Below the pieces are notes generated by a model. The model was given only the letters and a program-made list of their open reading frames with translations. It was not told where the DNA came from and ran no database searches. Below, in pieces: positions 51,621 through 64,000 of a DNA stretch of 64,000 nt. Each line of letters opens with the position of its first letter. Positions within the stretch are counted from its first letter, which is position 1. The position numbers and the translations under genes are program-made. The stretch comes from an uncultured bacterium (lineage in GTDB: Bacteria > Verrucomicrobiota > Verrucomicrobiia > Limisphaerales > UBA8199), in NCBI GenBank assembly GCA_963749495.1, contig CAVVMW010000022.1, positions 224,001-288,000 on the forward strand, read 5' to 3'.

Positions 51621-52320
51621 CCATCCCGAAGGGATGGAAATCATTCAGCCCAGGGTTGCGCGGCACGCGCTACCCTGGGTCACGCCCCCGTGACGCACTA
51701 CCCTGGGGAGGGTTTCAGCGCCCGTGCCCAACCTGCTTCAATCCCACAAGTATCGCTCGTCGTATGCGATTTGATGGCGCTTGAGCAGTTCCTTGAACTC
51801 GTCCTGGAACGAGAGTTTGCGATGGCGTTGCTCTTGCTCGGCGATATAGCGTCGCACGTCCTCGATTCGCGACAGGCTGACGGAGAAGACTCCATACCCG
51901 TTCTGCCAGGCAAAATCGGTCATCGTCCGGGCGCGCTCCTTGATCCAGAGAGAGGAACCTCGCTCGAGTTCCTTGACCATTTCGGCGACCGGGCAGGTGC
52001 GTGAGAGGCTGGACAGCAGATGCACGTGGTTCTCGATGCCGCCTCCGATGACCGGATGGCAATCCAGGTGATTGAGGATGCCGCCGAGGTAACGGTGCAT
52101 CTCCTCCCGCAACGGTCGATCGCGCAGGAAGGGTCGGCGCTCTTTGGTCGAGAAAACCGTGTGGACGAGGATTTTGGCCAGCGACTGGGACATGAACGGA
52201 GAATGCAGCGAATGCAAGCGCGATGCAACCCTTTCAGGGTAGTTGGTCAGTGGGCGCGTGACCCAGGGTAGCGCGTGCCGCGCAACCCTGGGCTGAGTGA
52301 TTGCCATCCCTTCGGGATGG
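51621..52320 (-). mobile_element. REPtron-like unit: IS200-like tnpA between ~70-bp inverted palindromic arms
   Basis: CCATCCCGAAGGGATGG...CAGCCCAGGGTTGCGCGGCACGCGCTACCCTGGGTCACGC and its inverse. Confidence 0.85.
51738..52193 (-). CDS. tnpA: IS200/IS605-type Y1 transposase
   Basis: HTVFSTK, NHVHLL, FAWQNGYGVFSVS, YIAEQ. Confidence 0.92.
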   Translation of the reverse strand: MSQSLAKILVHTVFSTKERRPFLRDRPLREEMHRYLGGILNHLDCHPVIGGGIENHVHLLSSLSRTCPVAEMVKELERGSSLWIKERARTMTDFAWQNGYGVFSVSLSRIEDVRRYIAEQEQRHRKLSFQDEFKELLKRHQIAYDERYLWD

Positions 52321-52389
52321 CGTCCGGCGCATTGTCACGATGCGCGCTGGGGGTGGCCTGGGCGCCAGGCGCCGGGATGCGCCCCAACG

Positions 52390-52418
52390 AAAAGGCCGGG
52401 GAGTGAATCCCCGGCCTT
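52390..52418 (-). terminator. Intrinsic terminator downstream of the giant surface protein gene
   Basis: AAGGCCGGGGA / TCCCCGGCCTT stem followed by a T run on the minus strand. Confidence 0.65.
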
Positions 52419-52511
52419 GGTGAATTGCGCTGGGGGAGCTTGGGCTCCCCCGTTACGAGGCCCGGAGACCACGCCGCTTACGACGCGGGTTCGGGCCCGG
52501 TTGGCATCAGG

Positions 52512-55500
52512 CTAGTACTGGCGCACCCGGAAGAAGCTCCCATGCGTCAGGGGGCTGGGCACGACAGTCGAGGGATTGGCCTGGTACGTGGACTTGAACC
52601 AGGGGCCCTTGAGCGAGTAGGACTCCCAGAGTTCGCCTTCGCCCGTCCAGGAGATGATGACATCGCCGCCAGAGACGACAGGCAGCATCATCACGGCGGC
52701 AGGCAGAGCGCCCGTGGCGTGGACATTGCGCGTGATCCAGGCCTTGACCGGGGAGGACGGGTCATTGATCAGCGTGCGGATGCCGGTGTCAGGATCGATG
52801 ACCATCCACTCGCTGTCGGCATCACCGCCGCCATTTTCCCAGACCATGCGGAACGGATAAACACCCGCCTCCGGGACCTGGACGGTGAAGAAGGTATCCG
52901 AGGCGCCGCGGCCTCCGTCGTATTTGCCGCAGAGCGGGCTGCAATCCTGGGCGGTGATACGGACGATGACCGGGGTGTTGGGCGTGGCGGCCATAACGTT
53001 GGTGAAGCCCTGGTAGGCAGCGTAGATCGTGCTCACGCACGGGATGGCCGGGTCGGGGTTGCTATCGGCACTGCCCCGAATTCCCGGATAGAGGACATCA
53101 CCGGCGTTGTTGCAGCAGATGGCTGCGATGGCCCCGGCCGCTTTAGCCATGCGCGCCTGCGTCTGGAAGTTGCCGTTGTGGAGGAACACGGCGATGTTGC
53201 CATTCACGTCGCTGGCATTGAGCAAGCTGCCGATGCTGGTGGCGTCGGGGGGATTGCAGAGCACCGCGCGGCCGATCATGGGAACCGTGGCCGGCGGGGT
53301 GACGCCGAAGTTGTTCCCGTTCTCGTCATCAACGGTGTTGTACATGGCGGGCAATTCGCCGGCTACGGCCGCCGGGGAGACCACATAGAGCGGGCTCTTG
53401 CCCGGCGCGCCTTGGTCGCCCACAGTGACACGGAAGCCGTCGTCGCTGTTGACGCACATGATATAGGGACCGGCGGCTGGGAATTCCAGGAACGTCTTAA
53501 CCTCATAGGCATCGTTGTCCATCGCGCCAGCCGTGCTGGCGATGCTGGACGGGTTCCAAACGCCCAGACCGGGGATGACGGCGTCCTGATACCCGTCGGC
53601 AGCCTGGAAGGACCCGTTGTTTTCCACGGTCCCGCCGCTGTTCTGGGCGAAGTTGATGACGCCGGGCCACCACATCGCGCCGTTGTTGGTGTAATCCGTC
53701 AGGTCCGCCACGTTGGCGCCATAGAGCCCTTGGAGGGCCATATCGGCAAAGCGGGAGATGTTCTGCCAACTGTTGAAGATGTTGGTGTTGGGGCTCTGGA
53801 AGATCTTCATGGCGAAACCCGAGTTGCTGCCCGAGCCGGGCGGCGTCCAGAGGTTGGTCGAGAGCGTGACCACGTTCCAGGTCGAGACTACGAAGCTCCA
53901 GGAGGCGGTGAAGGGGCCGCCGCCCGAGGTGCTGTAGCTGAAGGTCACATAGTTGCTCGAGCCCGGAGGCAGCGGGTTGGCCAGCGAGACCTTGGTGACG
54001 CCGCTGGCGCTGCTAACCACCGGGGTGACCGCCACGCCATTGACCGTCATGGAGATGCTGCTGGGAGTGACCGTTGTGGAGCCGTCCTGGAGCGTGACGC
54101 TCACGGCATCATTCCGCACGCCGGTTGCGCCGCTCGCAGGCCAGGTACTCGGAGACATAAGCCGGCAAGCTCGGTCCGACGTAGTAGGCGGCAACGTTGA
54201 CGCCCGAGGGCGCGTTGGGGTCGTTGATGAGGAACCGGGTGGAGATCAAGGTCGCCGGGTCAACCGCCCAGACGAACCATTCGCAGTTGAAGCCGCCGCC
54301 GCCGTTCTCCCAGAGCAGGCGAATCGGGTAAGTCCCGGCGTTGGTGACATTGATGAAGAAGTCGGTGTCGGAGGAGCCGCGTCCGCCTTCATAATAGCCG
54401 CAGAGGGTGCTGTTGAGCCAGTCCTTGGGGTTGGCGCCGGCCTTGACGGAGAAGCCGTCATCGCTGTTGACGCCCATTTCATACAAACCGGGCTGGCTGA
54501 AGTTCATGTAGCAGATGACCTCCTCGGCCGAGTTGTCCCATGTGGTGGCGCCGCCGCTGCCGGGGAACACGAGGTCCGGATAGTTGTTCGCAGTGGTGAA
54601 GTTGCCGGCCGTGCCGCTGTTGTTCCAGTTAATCAGCACGTTGGTGCCGCTGCCGGCAAAATCAATATAACCGTGGTCGGTCGCCAGCGAGAGGTCGGCG
54701 AAGTTTTTGCCGTGGGCGCCGGCCATTTGCTCCTCGGTCCAGCGCAGGACCTCGTTGGGCTCGCTGGCGTTGGGCTCGCCGCTGGATTTCCAGGGCCGGA
54801 CCAGCCAGCCAGGCTTGGTGGTGTCCACGCCGGTGACGGCCCAGGCGGGGTTGAGGCCGCCCCAATTCATGACGGTGAAGCTCCAGGAGTTGGTGAAGGT
54901 GCCGCCGCCGGTGCCGGTGGTGGTATAGACCACCATGGCGGTATCACTGCCCTGAGGCAGCAGATACGCGGCAGGCATCTGCGCGGTGGTGACGCCGCTG
55001 GCCTTGGAGATGACGGGGCTGAGCTGCTGGCCATTGATGAAGAGCTTGACGCTGCTGGAACTGACGGTGCTGCCGCCATCGGTCAAGCGCACCTGGAACC
55101 CGGCATTCGGGACGACGCCGCTTGAACCTGGGTACGGCTCGGCCACCGAGATGAAGGCCGGGAGCAGCGGGCCCGAGTAGTAGGCGTAGGCATAGCCGAA
55201 CTCCTTGTTCGGAATGATGCGCGGGTCGTTGAGGAGGGCGGGCGAGCCGGTCGGCTCGACCATGAACCACTTGAGCTCGGCGCCGTTGCCCGGCAGTTCG
55301 CCGTTGCCGTTCTCGTAGATCAGGCGGAACGGGTAAAACCCGGCGTTGGTGACCACGAAGCTGAAGGACGTGGTGGCCTGGCCGCGCCCGCCGTTGTACT
55401 GGCCCAGGACAGTCTGCGTCAGCCAATCCGCCGGATTGGCGCCGGCCGTGACCATGAAGCCGTCGTCGCTATTGACGCCCATCGTGTAGAGGCCGGGATG

Positions 55501-58208
55501 GTCGAAATAGAGGTAACACAGCCCCTCGACGGACATGCTGCCGGTGAGGCCAGTGTTCAGCGCGGGGATGCCAATGAACGCCATGTCCCCATAGTCGTCG
55601 TAGGTCTGGAAGTCCCCCGCCTGGCCCGAAATGTTGAAGTTGATGACGCCGTTGTAATCAGTATAGGTCTGGCTATAGACGTGCTCGTTGAACAGGGTCG
55701 GGTCGACATTGTTGTCCCCTTGGAGGCCGGCCAGTTGCTCCTGGGTGTACTGGATGTTGTTGGGTTGCGCACCCGACTGCCAGGCCCGGATGCGGAAGCC
55801 GGGCTTGGTGGTGTTGACGCCCGTGACGGCCCAGGCCGCGTTCAGGACGGTGAAGCTGGGAACCGTGTAGGACCAGGTGTTGGTGAAGGGCCCGCCGGCC
55901 GAGGTGCTATAGACCAACTGGGCCGTAGCGGAAGCACTCGCAGCCAAGGCAGGAATGACGTAGCCATAGACCGTCGTGACCCCGTTTGTGCTCGTCACGG
56001 TCTGGTCCACCACCGCCGTGCCATTGACCGTCAACTGGGCGCTGCCCGACTTAAAGGTCGTGCCGGCATCGGTAATCTGAGCCGCGACCAGGATCGCGTC
56101 GCCCAAGGTCGAGCCAGGGGTCGGGTATTCCCAGGAGACATAGGCGGGCAGGGTCGGTCCCGCATAATACATCACGATGCCCGTCGTATTGGTCGGGTCC
56201 GGGTCACCGATCAGGGTCCGGATGCCGCTGTCGTTCACAGTGAACCACTCGCAATTGGCGCCGCCCGTCCCATTCTCCCAGACCAGCCGGAACGGGTAGA
56301 TGCCGGCGTTGGTGACGGCAACGTAGAAGTCGGTGTCCCCGGCGTTCCAGCCGCGGCCGCCAGCGCCATTGAATTCGCCAACATTGAGCGCGCCCCAGTC
56401 GGACGGATTCGGGCCGGCGCTCAACATAAAGTTGTCGTCGCTGTCCACGCCCATCTTATAGACGCCGGCGGGGAGCTTGAGGAAGAATTGCATGTCCGCG
56501 GCGCAGTGGTCAATGGCGGCCAACCCGTTGGCGCCCGACGTGAGGCCGGGCCACATGTTGTCGCCATAGCCCGTGGTCGGTGTGAACCAGCCGTCACCTC
56601 CAGCGCCATAGTCCATGTTGATCACGCCGAGCGGGCCCTGGGGGCCTGGGGCGGTTGCAAAGTCGAAAAAGCCATTGTCCTTGAAGGTCGATGTGTCGGC
56701 CTGGTTGGTGCCGTGCAGGCCGGCCAGTTGCTCCTGGGCATACGGGATGATGTTCCATTCAAAACCCGACTGCCAGGTCTTGATGCGGAAGCCGGGCTTG
56801 GTGGTGTCCACCCCGGTGACCGCCCAGGCCGAGTTGACGATGGGGTAGGCCGGGATGACGAAGGAGATCGAGTTGGTGTAACTGCGGCCCAGCGTATCGC
56901 TATACATAAGCGTCCCAGTATTGGTGGAGCCGGCCGGATAGAGGGTCGGGAAGTTGTGCGCGATAATGGTGGTGACGGCGCCGGCCTTCGAGAAGGTAGA
57001 GGAAACCGGGGCGCCATTGATTTCCACGGTAATCGGCTTGTTGGTGGCCACGACGCCAGATGTGCCGGAATCCTCGAGCGTGAATATGCCGCCGTCGGGA
57101 AGGCCCGTAGGAGGGCCGGCGAGCGGGGTGGCGACCGGGAACGTGACGATGTGGACGTTGTCCACCTCGATGTTGGCCGTGTTGCCCCCGACGCGCGAGG
57201 CCATGAGCAGGCGGCCGGCCGAGGGGAACCAGGAGGTCTGGAAGTTAGTCAGGATTTGGGCGTTCTTCCAATAGACGTTGAGAATGTGAGTATTGGTGGC
57301 CATTTCCACCCTCAGGTGCGCCAACTGAGGTTCGTGTCGCAGAAGGTGCCGTTGTAGGGACCGGTCTCGATCGCCGTGGGGTCGGTGGCGGCATTGTTGC
57401 CGTTAGGGTCGGTGGCGTCCAGGGCGTTGCCGTGCTCGTCGTACGTGGTATGGCCGTTGCGGATCTGGGTCGTGCCATTGGGCATGGGGATCGTGGTCTG
57501 GAGCACGTTATCAATGCGGATGTCCAGGCCGATCCCGTCCCAGGTGATGCCCGGGGCCACAAGACCCACTGCGGGCGCCGCGGGCGGGATCGTATAGCCG
57601 CTGCTGTCCCACATGTCGAACCCGATGCTCAGGCCGGTCTGGCACCCTTCCTCGGCCAGGCTGAGGTCTCCGCTGCTACCGTTGTCGGAGAACTGCCCCC
57701 CAAACGAGTCAATGGTGCTCGGGTTATTCATGTTCGCGAACGTGTCCCCCGCGGCGATGGCCAGGAGGACCGGGTCATTGGCGCGAACATAGTTGATGCT
57801 GAAGCCGTCGGCCGGGTTGGGATTGCCATTGCCGATGCGCAGGTCGCACTCGAAGATGAACCCGTCGACGACCAGGCCGCTGTCGAAGTCGTCGAAGATG
57901 ACTCCGCCGATGACGTAGCTGGATGCGGTTCCGCTGCAGTTGGCGCTGGCAAAGGTGATTTGCAGAAAGCCGTCGCCTGCAACGCCCGCGACCGGCCCGT
58001 TGGTTGTGCCGCCGACCGGACCAGCGCCGCCAGTCGTCTGCCAATTGGCGCTGCCTACTCGGGATATCGAGGTGCCATCCCACAGGCTGCCGCCGAAGTT
58101 CAGGATCGGAGTTGGATCCGTGTTGAAGTTGTACAAATGATCGGATGCTTGTGCCGTAGCTGCGCCGAGCAGCCCCAGCCCAAGCATCAATAATGTCTTC
58201 TTGAGCAT
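52512..58208 (-). CDS. Giant secreted repeat protein (~1900 aa): lectin-like N domain, four PA14-like repeats, PA-like insert; frameshifts at ~57321 and ~54143
   Basis: Signal peptide; ADGFSINY; four (G/C)V(N/D)SDD(G/N)F...YP(F/I)RxxxENG units; the three ORFs join by single-base changes; ends FFRVRQY. Confidence 0.8.
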
Positions 58209-58456
58209 GTGTCTTGTCCTTTCTAGCTAGTGCTTACAGGTGTGGTTCACTGAGTCGTTGCTGTTCCAAACGCCCCATCGGGGGCAACACCAAACCGGGC
58301 GGAAAAACCGGTTTTTCCGGGTCTTAGGGTCTGCCCTATGCCGCCGCCATTGGGGTGGATTTCCAGTTAATCAAAGAGCAGAGGAAAAAGCAAGCAAATT
58401 TTTGACGAATTTTTTGGCGGGGGCGGAAGCAGGTGTTGGCGCCTGCTTGGGAGGGG

Positions 58457-60807
58457 TCAGTGCGGCGGGTTGGCGGCCTGCAGTTTGCGGAGGTAATCGC
58501 GGGCTTCGGGGTTGTGCGGGTCGAGGCGGGCGGCCTCTTCGAGGTGGCGCCGGGCATTTTCGAGGTCGCGTTGTTTGGCCAGGGCGACGCCGAGGTTGAG
58601 GTGCGCCATGGCGTAGCCGGGTTTGAGGCGGAGGGTTTCCTCGAATTCCTTTTGGGCTTCGGGGGTTTGGCCGGAGAAGGCCAGTTCCTCGCCCAGGGCG
58701 TAGTGAGCTTCCCAATAATCTGGCCGCAACTGGATGGCGTGTTGAAGGTTCAGGATGGCCTCGGGCTGGAGCTGGAGCCTGGAGAGGGCCTTGCCGATGT
58801 GGTAATAGGCGCGAGGGTCGTGGGGCGCCAGTTGGCGCAGGCGCTCGTAGTCTTTGAGCGCCAGCTCGGGACGGCGCTCCAGGGCGCAGAGGTTTCCCAA
58901 TTCGAGCCAGCCTTCCGCCAGGTCGGGGCGCAATGTCACGGCTTGGGAGAGCAGGGCGCGGCCGGGCTGGATTTTGCCCTGGCGGACGAGCAGCCGGCCG
59001 GCCTGGAAATAGGCCGCATGGTGCTGGGGGATGAGTTGGCGCACGCGCTGCCACTCGGCCACCGCCTCGGGCAGGTTGCCGACGGCCTCGAGGAACTGGG
59101 CGAAGTTCTCGTGGAGGCGGTGATCGTCGGGGTCCAGTTTCAAGGCAGCCAGGTAGGTTTGGCGGGCGCGGTCGGCGGCGGGGCCGTCCAGGCGCAGGCG
59201 CAGGGCCTGGAGCTGGCCGCGTATCTGCTCGATCTGCTGTGTATGGTCGAGCTGCCCGGTGAAGGGCGGCTGGGAGAGGCGCTGGAGGAGGTCCTCGAGG
59301 ATGGCGCAACGGTTCCAATCCGTCAGCCCCAGCCGCTGCTCGCACACCTCCTGCGAGGCCCAGGCGGCCCCCGCATGGTTGGTCGCGGAGGCGGGCAGCA
59401 ACCGCAGGACCTCTTGCGCCCAGGCTCGCCCCAGCAGGTAGTTGCCCTGGGGATTGAAATGGACGTGTTCGTAAAAGGCCTCGCGCCCGGGAACGCCCGC
59501 CGGGCTGTTGGTGGCCAAGAGTTGAGCCGCATCGCAAAAGACCAGGCCCGGGCCGGCCCAGCGGCGGGCGGCCTGGGCGATGATGGCGTTGAGGCGCGAA
59601 TCGGCGCGGAAGGGCAGGGCGTCATTGTCCCGCGCCACTTCGAGATGGGCTCGGGCAGAATGGAGCTGGGTGGAGAGTTGCAGCAGGCACTGGCCCCAGA
59701 GGTAGTGGAGTTCGGCCGAGCCGGCATCGATGCGGGCGGCCTGCTCGTACTTGGCCGCGGCGGCGGAGAAGTCGCCAGCCTGGGCGGCGTGGCCGGCCTT
59801 GGCACAAAGCGCGTCATAGGCCAGGCGGCCGGTCTGGTTGAGGGCGGGGTCCTGCAGCGAGGCGAAGGGAGGGCAGTCCTTGAGGTTGACCGCCACGGTG
59901 CACAGGACAATCGGCACGCCCTTGCTCCGGCCTGTCTGCAGAATGTCCTGGAGGTTCCTGCGGAAATTCGAATAGACGACTTGCTTTCGAGGGTCGCGCG
60001 GGGCGATCCGGCTTTCCATGAACATTTGCATGCCGCCCCAGGAGGGGGGATGGTTGCCGGAGCCGGCCAGGGCGCGGGCCAGGGCCATCAGGAGCTGGCC
60101 CAGGCGGGTCTGTTGGATAGCCAGGCCCAGGCGCGCGTTCCACAGAGGCGGGGATTGCGACCCGAAGACGGTGGTGGCGCCGAACGGGCCGACCATCTCG
60201 TTGTTGCCCATGTAGAGAATCCAGAGGTCGCCCTGGCGCCGGGCGCATTCGCGGGCAATCGGGAGCAGGGCATGGGAGTTGATGGCCGTGACGGCGCCGC
60301 AGATGACCTCGAACTGCGTGTCGGGCAACCGCTCCCGGAGCAGTGCCTGGAGGCAGCGGCCGGGCCCGTAGGCAGGGCGGGGGTCGCCCAGGGCGGCAGA
60401 TTCGCCCAGCAGGAAGATGCGCCGAACCCCCGGCCCCTTGTTGGCCTTCATCACGACCGGGGCCGGACTGCGCGCCAGCTCAGGCGGAAAAAACCTCAAG
60501 CCGAATTTGTCGTTGTCGACGAAGTAGTCTTCGTTGCCGATGCGGATGCGTTTGAAAAAGGCGGTGGGATAGCCATAGCCGGCCAGGCGCAAGGCAACCT
60601 CGGCCCCGGCCAGCAGCAGCAGCGGCAGCACCACGAATCCCACCACGCTGAACAACCACTTGCGCGCCTGCGAAAGCGGGGCCGCGGGGCCCCCTCCGGC
60701 GCAGGGGGACTGCGACGTCCGCCCTCCGGCGAAGGGTCCGGACCTGCGCCACTGGAGGCCAGCGTGGCTTCCTTTGGCTTTTTCGCTTTCGATTGATCTC
60801 GGTTCAC
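58457..60807 (-). CDS. Membrane-anchored protein with SGNH-like domain and TPR repeats; start uncertain
   Basis: TM helix, RIFLLGESA, YMGNNE, FYEHVHF, C-terminal TPRs (AHLNLGVAL). Confidence 0.85.
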
Positions 60808-60989
60808 GCGCGCTGCGCTTTCGCTTTTCTTCGGTGGCCGAGGCTGGCCCCAGCCCCTGCGAGCCCAGGGTTTGCCGGCCAGTGGCCAGTTTAGCGTTCG
60901 GCGAGGGCGGCGCGCAAAGGGAAAAGGGCGCCCCCAATCCTCGCCTAGAGTCCTTGAATTTCAAAACGTGATGCAGAGAGGTCAAGTTT

Positions 60990-61039
60990 GTGGCACGGGC
61001 ATCCTGCCCGTGAGGGCTTGGGCAGGATGCCCGAGCCAC
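60990..61039. repeat. GTGG-type REP doublet
   Basis: GTGGCACGGGCATCCTGCCCGTG ... GGGCAGGATGCCCGAGCCAC. Confidence 0.8.
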
Positions 61040-61351
61040 GGTCTGAGGCCCAGCCTCGCTAGAGCTTTTTTGAGAACCACGGAACACACGGAACACACGG
61101 AAAAAGGCCCCTTTCCGTGTATTCCGGTTCCGTGGTTCTCTATCTTCTCTCGATTGGCATGGCGGGCCTTCGGCCCCGGGGCGTATCCTGGCACCGCCCC
61201 CGCCGACTGCGGCGAGATCGGGGGTGCGCCCGCCAAGAAGGGGTCGGCCCTTTGGGCTTGACCTGGCTGGAGGCTCGGCTTAACAGAGGGCACCGTCGTG
61301 CCGCCCCGGAGAAACCAGGCAACGATCCAAAAAACCTCTTTCCCGAGAAAT

Positions 61352-62829
61352 ATGATCACCGCTCGCTCGAATCGAAACAGACTGCGGACCGGCTGGCGCC
61401 AGTCGTTGATTGCGTTTGCGGCCGTCCTGGCGCTGGGCGGGTGTGCCTGGGTGCACGCCCAGCCGCGAGGCGCAGGGCAGGGCCGGACCGTTGCGGGCAT
61501 CGAGCCGCTGCTGACTCCACCCACCGCCCTGGATGCCTACGCAGCCGCGCCGGATACCAACTACAATTTCCACGTGGTCTCCAGCATTCCGGGCAAGGAG
61601 CAGACCACGTATATCCTGGAGATGACCTCGCAGGCCTGGCTCACGACCAACGAAGTGGACCGGCCGTTGTGGAAGCATTGGCTGGTGGTAGTGCGGCCCA
61701 AGGAGGTGGCCCACGCGCAGTCGCTGCTCTTCATCGGGGGCGGCGCCAATAACGGTGCCCCGCCCAAGGGGCCGGCGGCAACCTGACGCGCATCGCGGAG
61801 GAGACCAAATCCGTCGTGAGCGAACTGAGGATGGTGCCCAATCAGCCGCTGGTCTTCGCGGGAGAGACCCAGGGACGCTCCGAGGACGCGCTGATCGCAC
61901 ACACGTGGGACAAATTCCTGCGGACCGGCAACCCCAAGTGGCCGGCGCGGCTGCCGATGACCAAGGCGGCCATCCGCGCCATGGACACGGTCAGCGCCTT
62001 TTGCGCCGGCCCGGAAGCGGGGAACGTGAAACTGGATGGGTTTGTGGTGGCGGGCGGTTCGAAACGGGGCTGGACCACTTGGACGACGGCGGCGGTGGAC
62101 AGGCGGGTCGTGGCGATTGTGCCGATTGTCATCAACGTGCTCAACATCGAGCCTTCGATGCTGCACCATTATGCCGCCTACGGGTTCTGGGCGCCGTCCA
62201 TCGGCGACTACACCGCCTTGGGGATCATGGATTGGAACGGAACGTCCGAGTACCGGGCCTTGATGAAGATCGAGGAGCCCTTCCAATACCGCCGCCGGTT
62301 CACCATGCCCAAGTTCATCATCAACGCCTGCGGCGACCAGTTTTTCCTCCCGGATTCCTCGCAGTTCTATTTCGACCAGTTGCCCGGGGTCAAGTACCTG
62401 CGCTACGTCCCCAACGCCGACCACTCGCTCAAGGGCTCCGACGCTTCCGAGACTCTGCTGGCCTGCTACAACGCCGTCATTAACCGCCTTGCGCTGCCCC
62501 GCTTCACTTGGGGGCGGGGCAAGGACGGCTCGCTCCGCGTCAGGGCGCAGGATAAGCCGGCGGAGGTCAAATTGTGGCAGGCAACCAACCCGGACGCGCG
62601 CGATTTCCGCCTCGAGACCTTCGGGCCTCAATGGCAGAGCGCCCCCTTGCCCGATCAAGGCGGCGGCGTCTATGTGGCAAGGCTCCCGCGCCCCGCCAAA
62701 GGCTGGACCGCCTTCATGATCGAGTTGACTTTTCCCAGCGGCTGCCAGGTCCCCTTCAAGTTCACCACCCAGGTGAGCGTGGTGCCCGACACGCTGCCCT
62801 ATAAATTCGTGCCCAAGGCAAGGCCGTGA
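61352..62829 (+). CDS. PqaA-family (PhoPQ-activated) alpha/beta hydrolase; frameshift at ~61770
   Basis: MTSQAW, WKHWL, VPNQPL, GGSKRGWTTW, GDQFFLPD, PNADH. Confidence 0.88.
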
Positions 62830-62894
62830 CGAGGGGCCAAGGGGCGAGGGGCGGACCTTAGGGGCTTTCCATGAACCTCCGAGGTCCGCAAGGT

Positions 62895-62972
62895 TTTGGA
62901 CTGCGGCAGTCCTCTGCCGCTTTCGCGTCCCCAGGGTCCAAAGAGCGGCAGAGGACTGCCGCAGTCCAAAAC
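62895..62972. repeat. REP doublet of the same family as 12951-13051
   Basis: TTGGACTGCGGCAGTCCTCTGCCGCT / AGCGGCAGAGGACTGCCGCAGTCCAA. Confidence 0.85.
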
Positions 62973-63024
62973 GCTCCGCGTCCGGCGACACCCGTTCGGT
63001 TCGGGGTCCGGATGCGCGATCCTT

Positions 63025-63840
63025 TCATGCGGCGGACCTGCGAAAAAAGTCCTCGGCCGTGCGGCAGGTGGCGGCGCTGAGTTCCTCGAGCGAGCAGCCT
63101 TTGACCTGGGCCGCCACAGCGGCGGTCTCTTTCACGTAAGCCGGTTCGCAGCGCTTGCCGCGGTAGGGCTCCGGGGCCAGGTAGGGACAGTCGGTCTCCA
63201 ACATGAACCGGTCCATGGGTGTGGCGGCCAGTGCGTCGCGCGCGTTTTGGCCGTTTTTGAAAGTGAGAATGCCGGTGTAACTGACCAGCGAGCCCAGCGC
63301 CAGGACCCGGCCCAGAGCGGGGGCATCGCCGGCAAAACAATGAAAGACCCCGCGCACCCGGTCGGCGAATGGCTGCAACTGCGCCAGGGTGTCATCGAAC
63401 GAGTTGCGCTGGTGGATGACGCAATTGAGCGCCAACTCGGCGGCGACCTCGAGGTGCTGCCGGAATAGCCGCGCCTGTTTCTGCTTGTAAGGCTCGTCGG
63501 CGGCGGCGGTGAAGCCGTGCTGCCGGCTCGGCAGGCGATAGTAATCGAGCCCCGTCTCGCCCAGGGCGACGACTTTGGGGTGCCGGGCCAGTTCTCGCAG
63601 CGCCGGCCTCCAGTCCTCCGGCGCCTCGGGGGCGTCGGAGGGGTGCCAGCCCACAACGGCGGAAACGGCGGGGAATTGCTCGGCCAATTCGAGGGCCCGG
63701 CGGCTGCTGGCCAGGTCTGTGGCGATGCACACCAACCGGGCGATGCCCGCCGCTTGGGCGCGCTCGATCACCTGCTCGAGGTCCGCGGCAAACGCCCGGT
63801 CACCCAGGTGGGCGTGGGTGTCGTAAAAGGTTGGTGGCAT
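63025..63840 (-). CDS. tatD: TatD-family DNase
   Basis: DTHAHL, GWHP, GETGLDYY, GVFHCF, ETDCPYLAP. Confidence 0.95.
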   Translation of the reverse strand: MPPTFYDTHAHLGDRAFAADLEQVIERAQAAGIARLVCIATDLASSRRALELAEQFPAVSAVVGWHPSDAPEAPEDWRPALRELARHPKVVALGETGLDYYRLPSRQHGFTAAADEPYKQKQARLFRQHLEVAAELALNCVIHQRNSFDDTLAQLQPFADRVRGVFHCFAGDAPALGRVLALGSLVSYTGILTFKNGQNARDALAATPMDRFMLETDCPYLAPEPYRGKRCEPAYVKETAAVAAQVKGCSLEELSAATCRTAEDFFRRSAA

Positions 63841-63858
63841 AGGGCCTCGGATTCCGGA

Positions 63859-63962
63859 CCTTTGTCGCGGCCTTTGTCGCAGCCTTTGTCGAAAGATGGC
63901 CAAGCCGATAAAGCTTGCGACAAACCTTGCGACAAAGGTTTCGACAAAGGTTTCGACAAAGG
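63859..63962. repeat. Inverted arrays of a 12-bp unit
   Basis: Three CCTTTGTCG units, then four CGACAAA(GG) units. Confidence 0.85.
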
Positions 63963-64000
63963 TGCCGGCAAAGTTGCTACTTCGCCTCGACCTTGAGTCC

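Noticed and set aside
52425..60796. Long antisense ORFs (52425-54200, 55498-57357, 58433-60796 and similar ones elsewhere)
   Set aside because: Shadow frames of real high-GC genes on the opposite strand.

Overview
High-GC bacterial chromosomal window, most likely Verrucomicrobiota (Pedosphaera/Limisphaerales-like). That is an inference from the heptamer repeats, REP families, a TIGR02999-type ECF stub and a giant secreted protein ending in an FRV motif. From left to right: (1) 0-12.8 kb, a divalent-metal (Mg/Mn) island with an OmpR-type two-component system, an NRAMP-related transporter plus a soluble MgtE-type CBS protein and a micro-protein, two convergent OprB/MnoP-like porin paralogues, mntR, mntH, a USP and a Ser/Thr kinase. 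(2) 13.2-14.3 kb, an intact Y1/HUH transposase with a C-terminal HTH, bounded by GGGGTC...GACCC inverted ends, sitting where most of a tetR-RND operon is missing. (3) 15-28 kb, housekeeping genes (CocE/NonD hydrolase, hrpB, gcvP, hemerythrin, shc). (4) 28.2-37.6 kb, an accretion hotspot where repeated ends of the same Y1-HTH element class alternate with toxin-antitoxin pairs, small genes and gene stubs. This is the best candidate for an undescribed system. (5) 41-44.7 kb, an integrase plus IS91-like element inserted in a REP, followed by two orphan antitoxins whose toxins are deleted. (6) 44.8-51.5 kb, a TetR-MFP-RND efflux operon with a probable RND-OMF fusion. (7) A REP-flanked IS200-like tnpA, a ~1900-aa repeat surface protein, a TPR protein, a PqaA-like protein and tatD. 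About ten genes carry single-base frameshifts, probably assembly errors. No rRNA, tRNA or CRISPR array was recognised. All family calls come from motif recognition by eye, with no database search.
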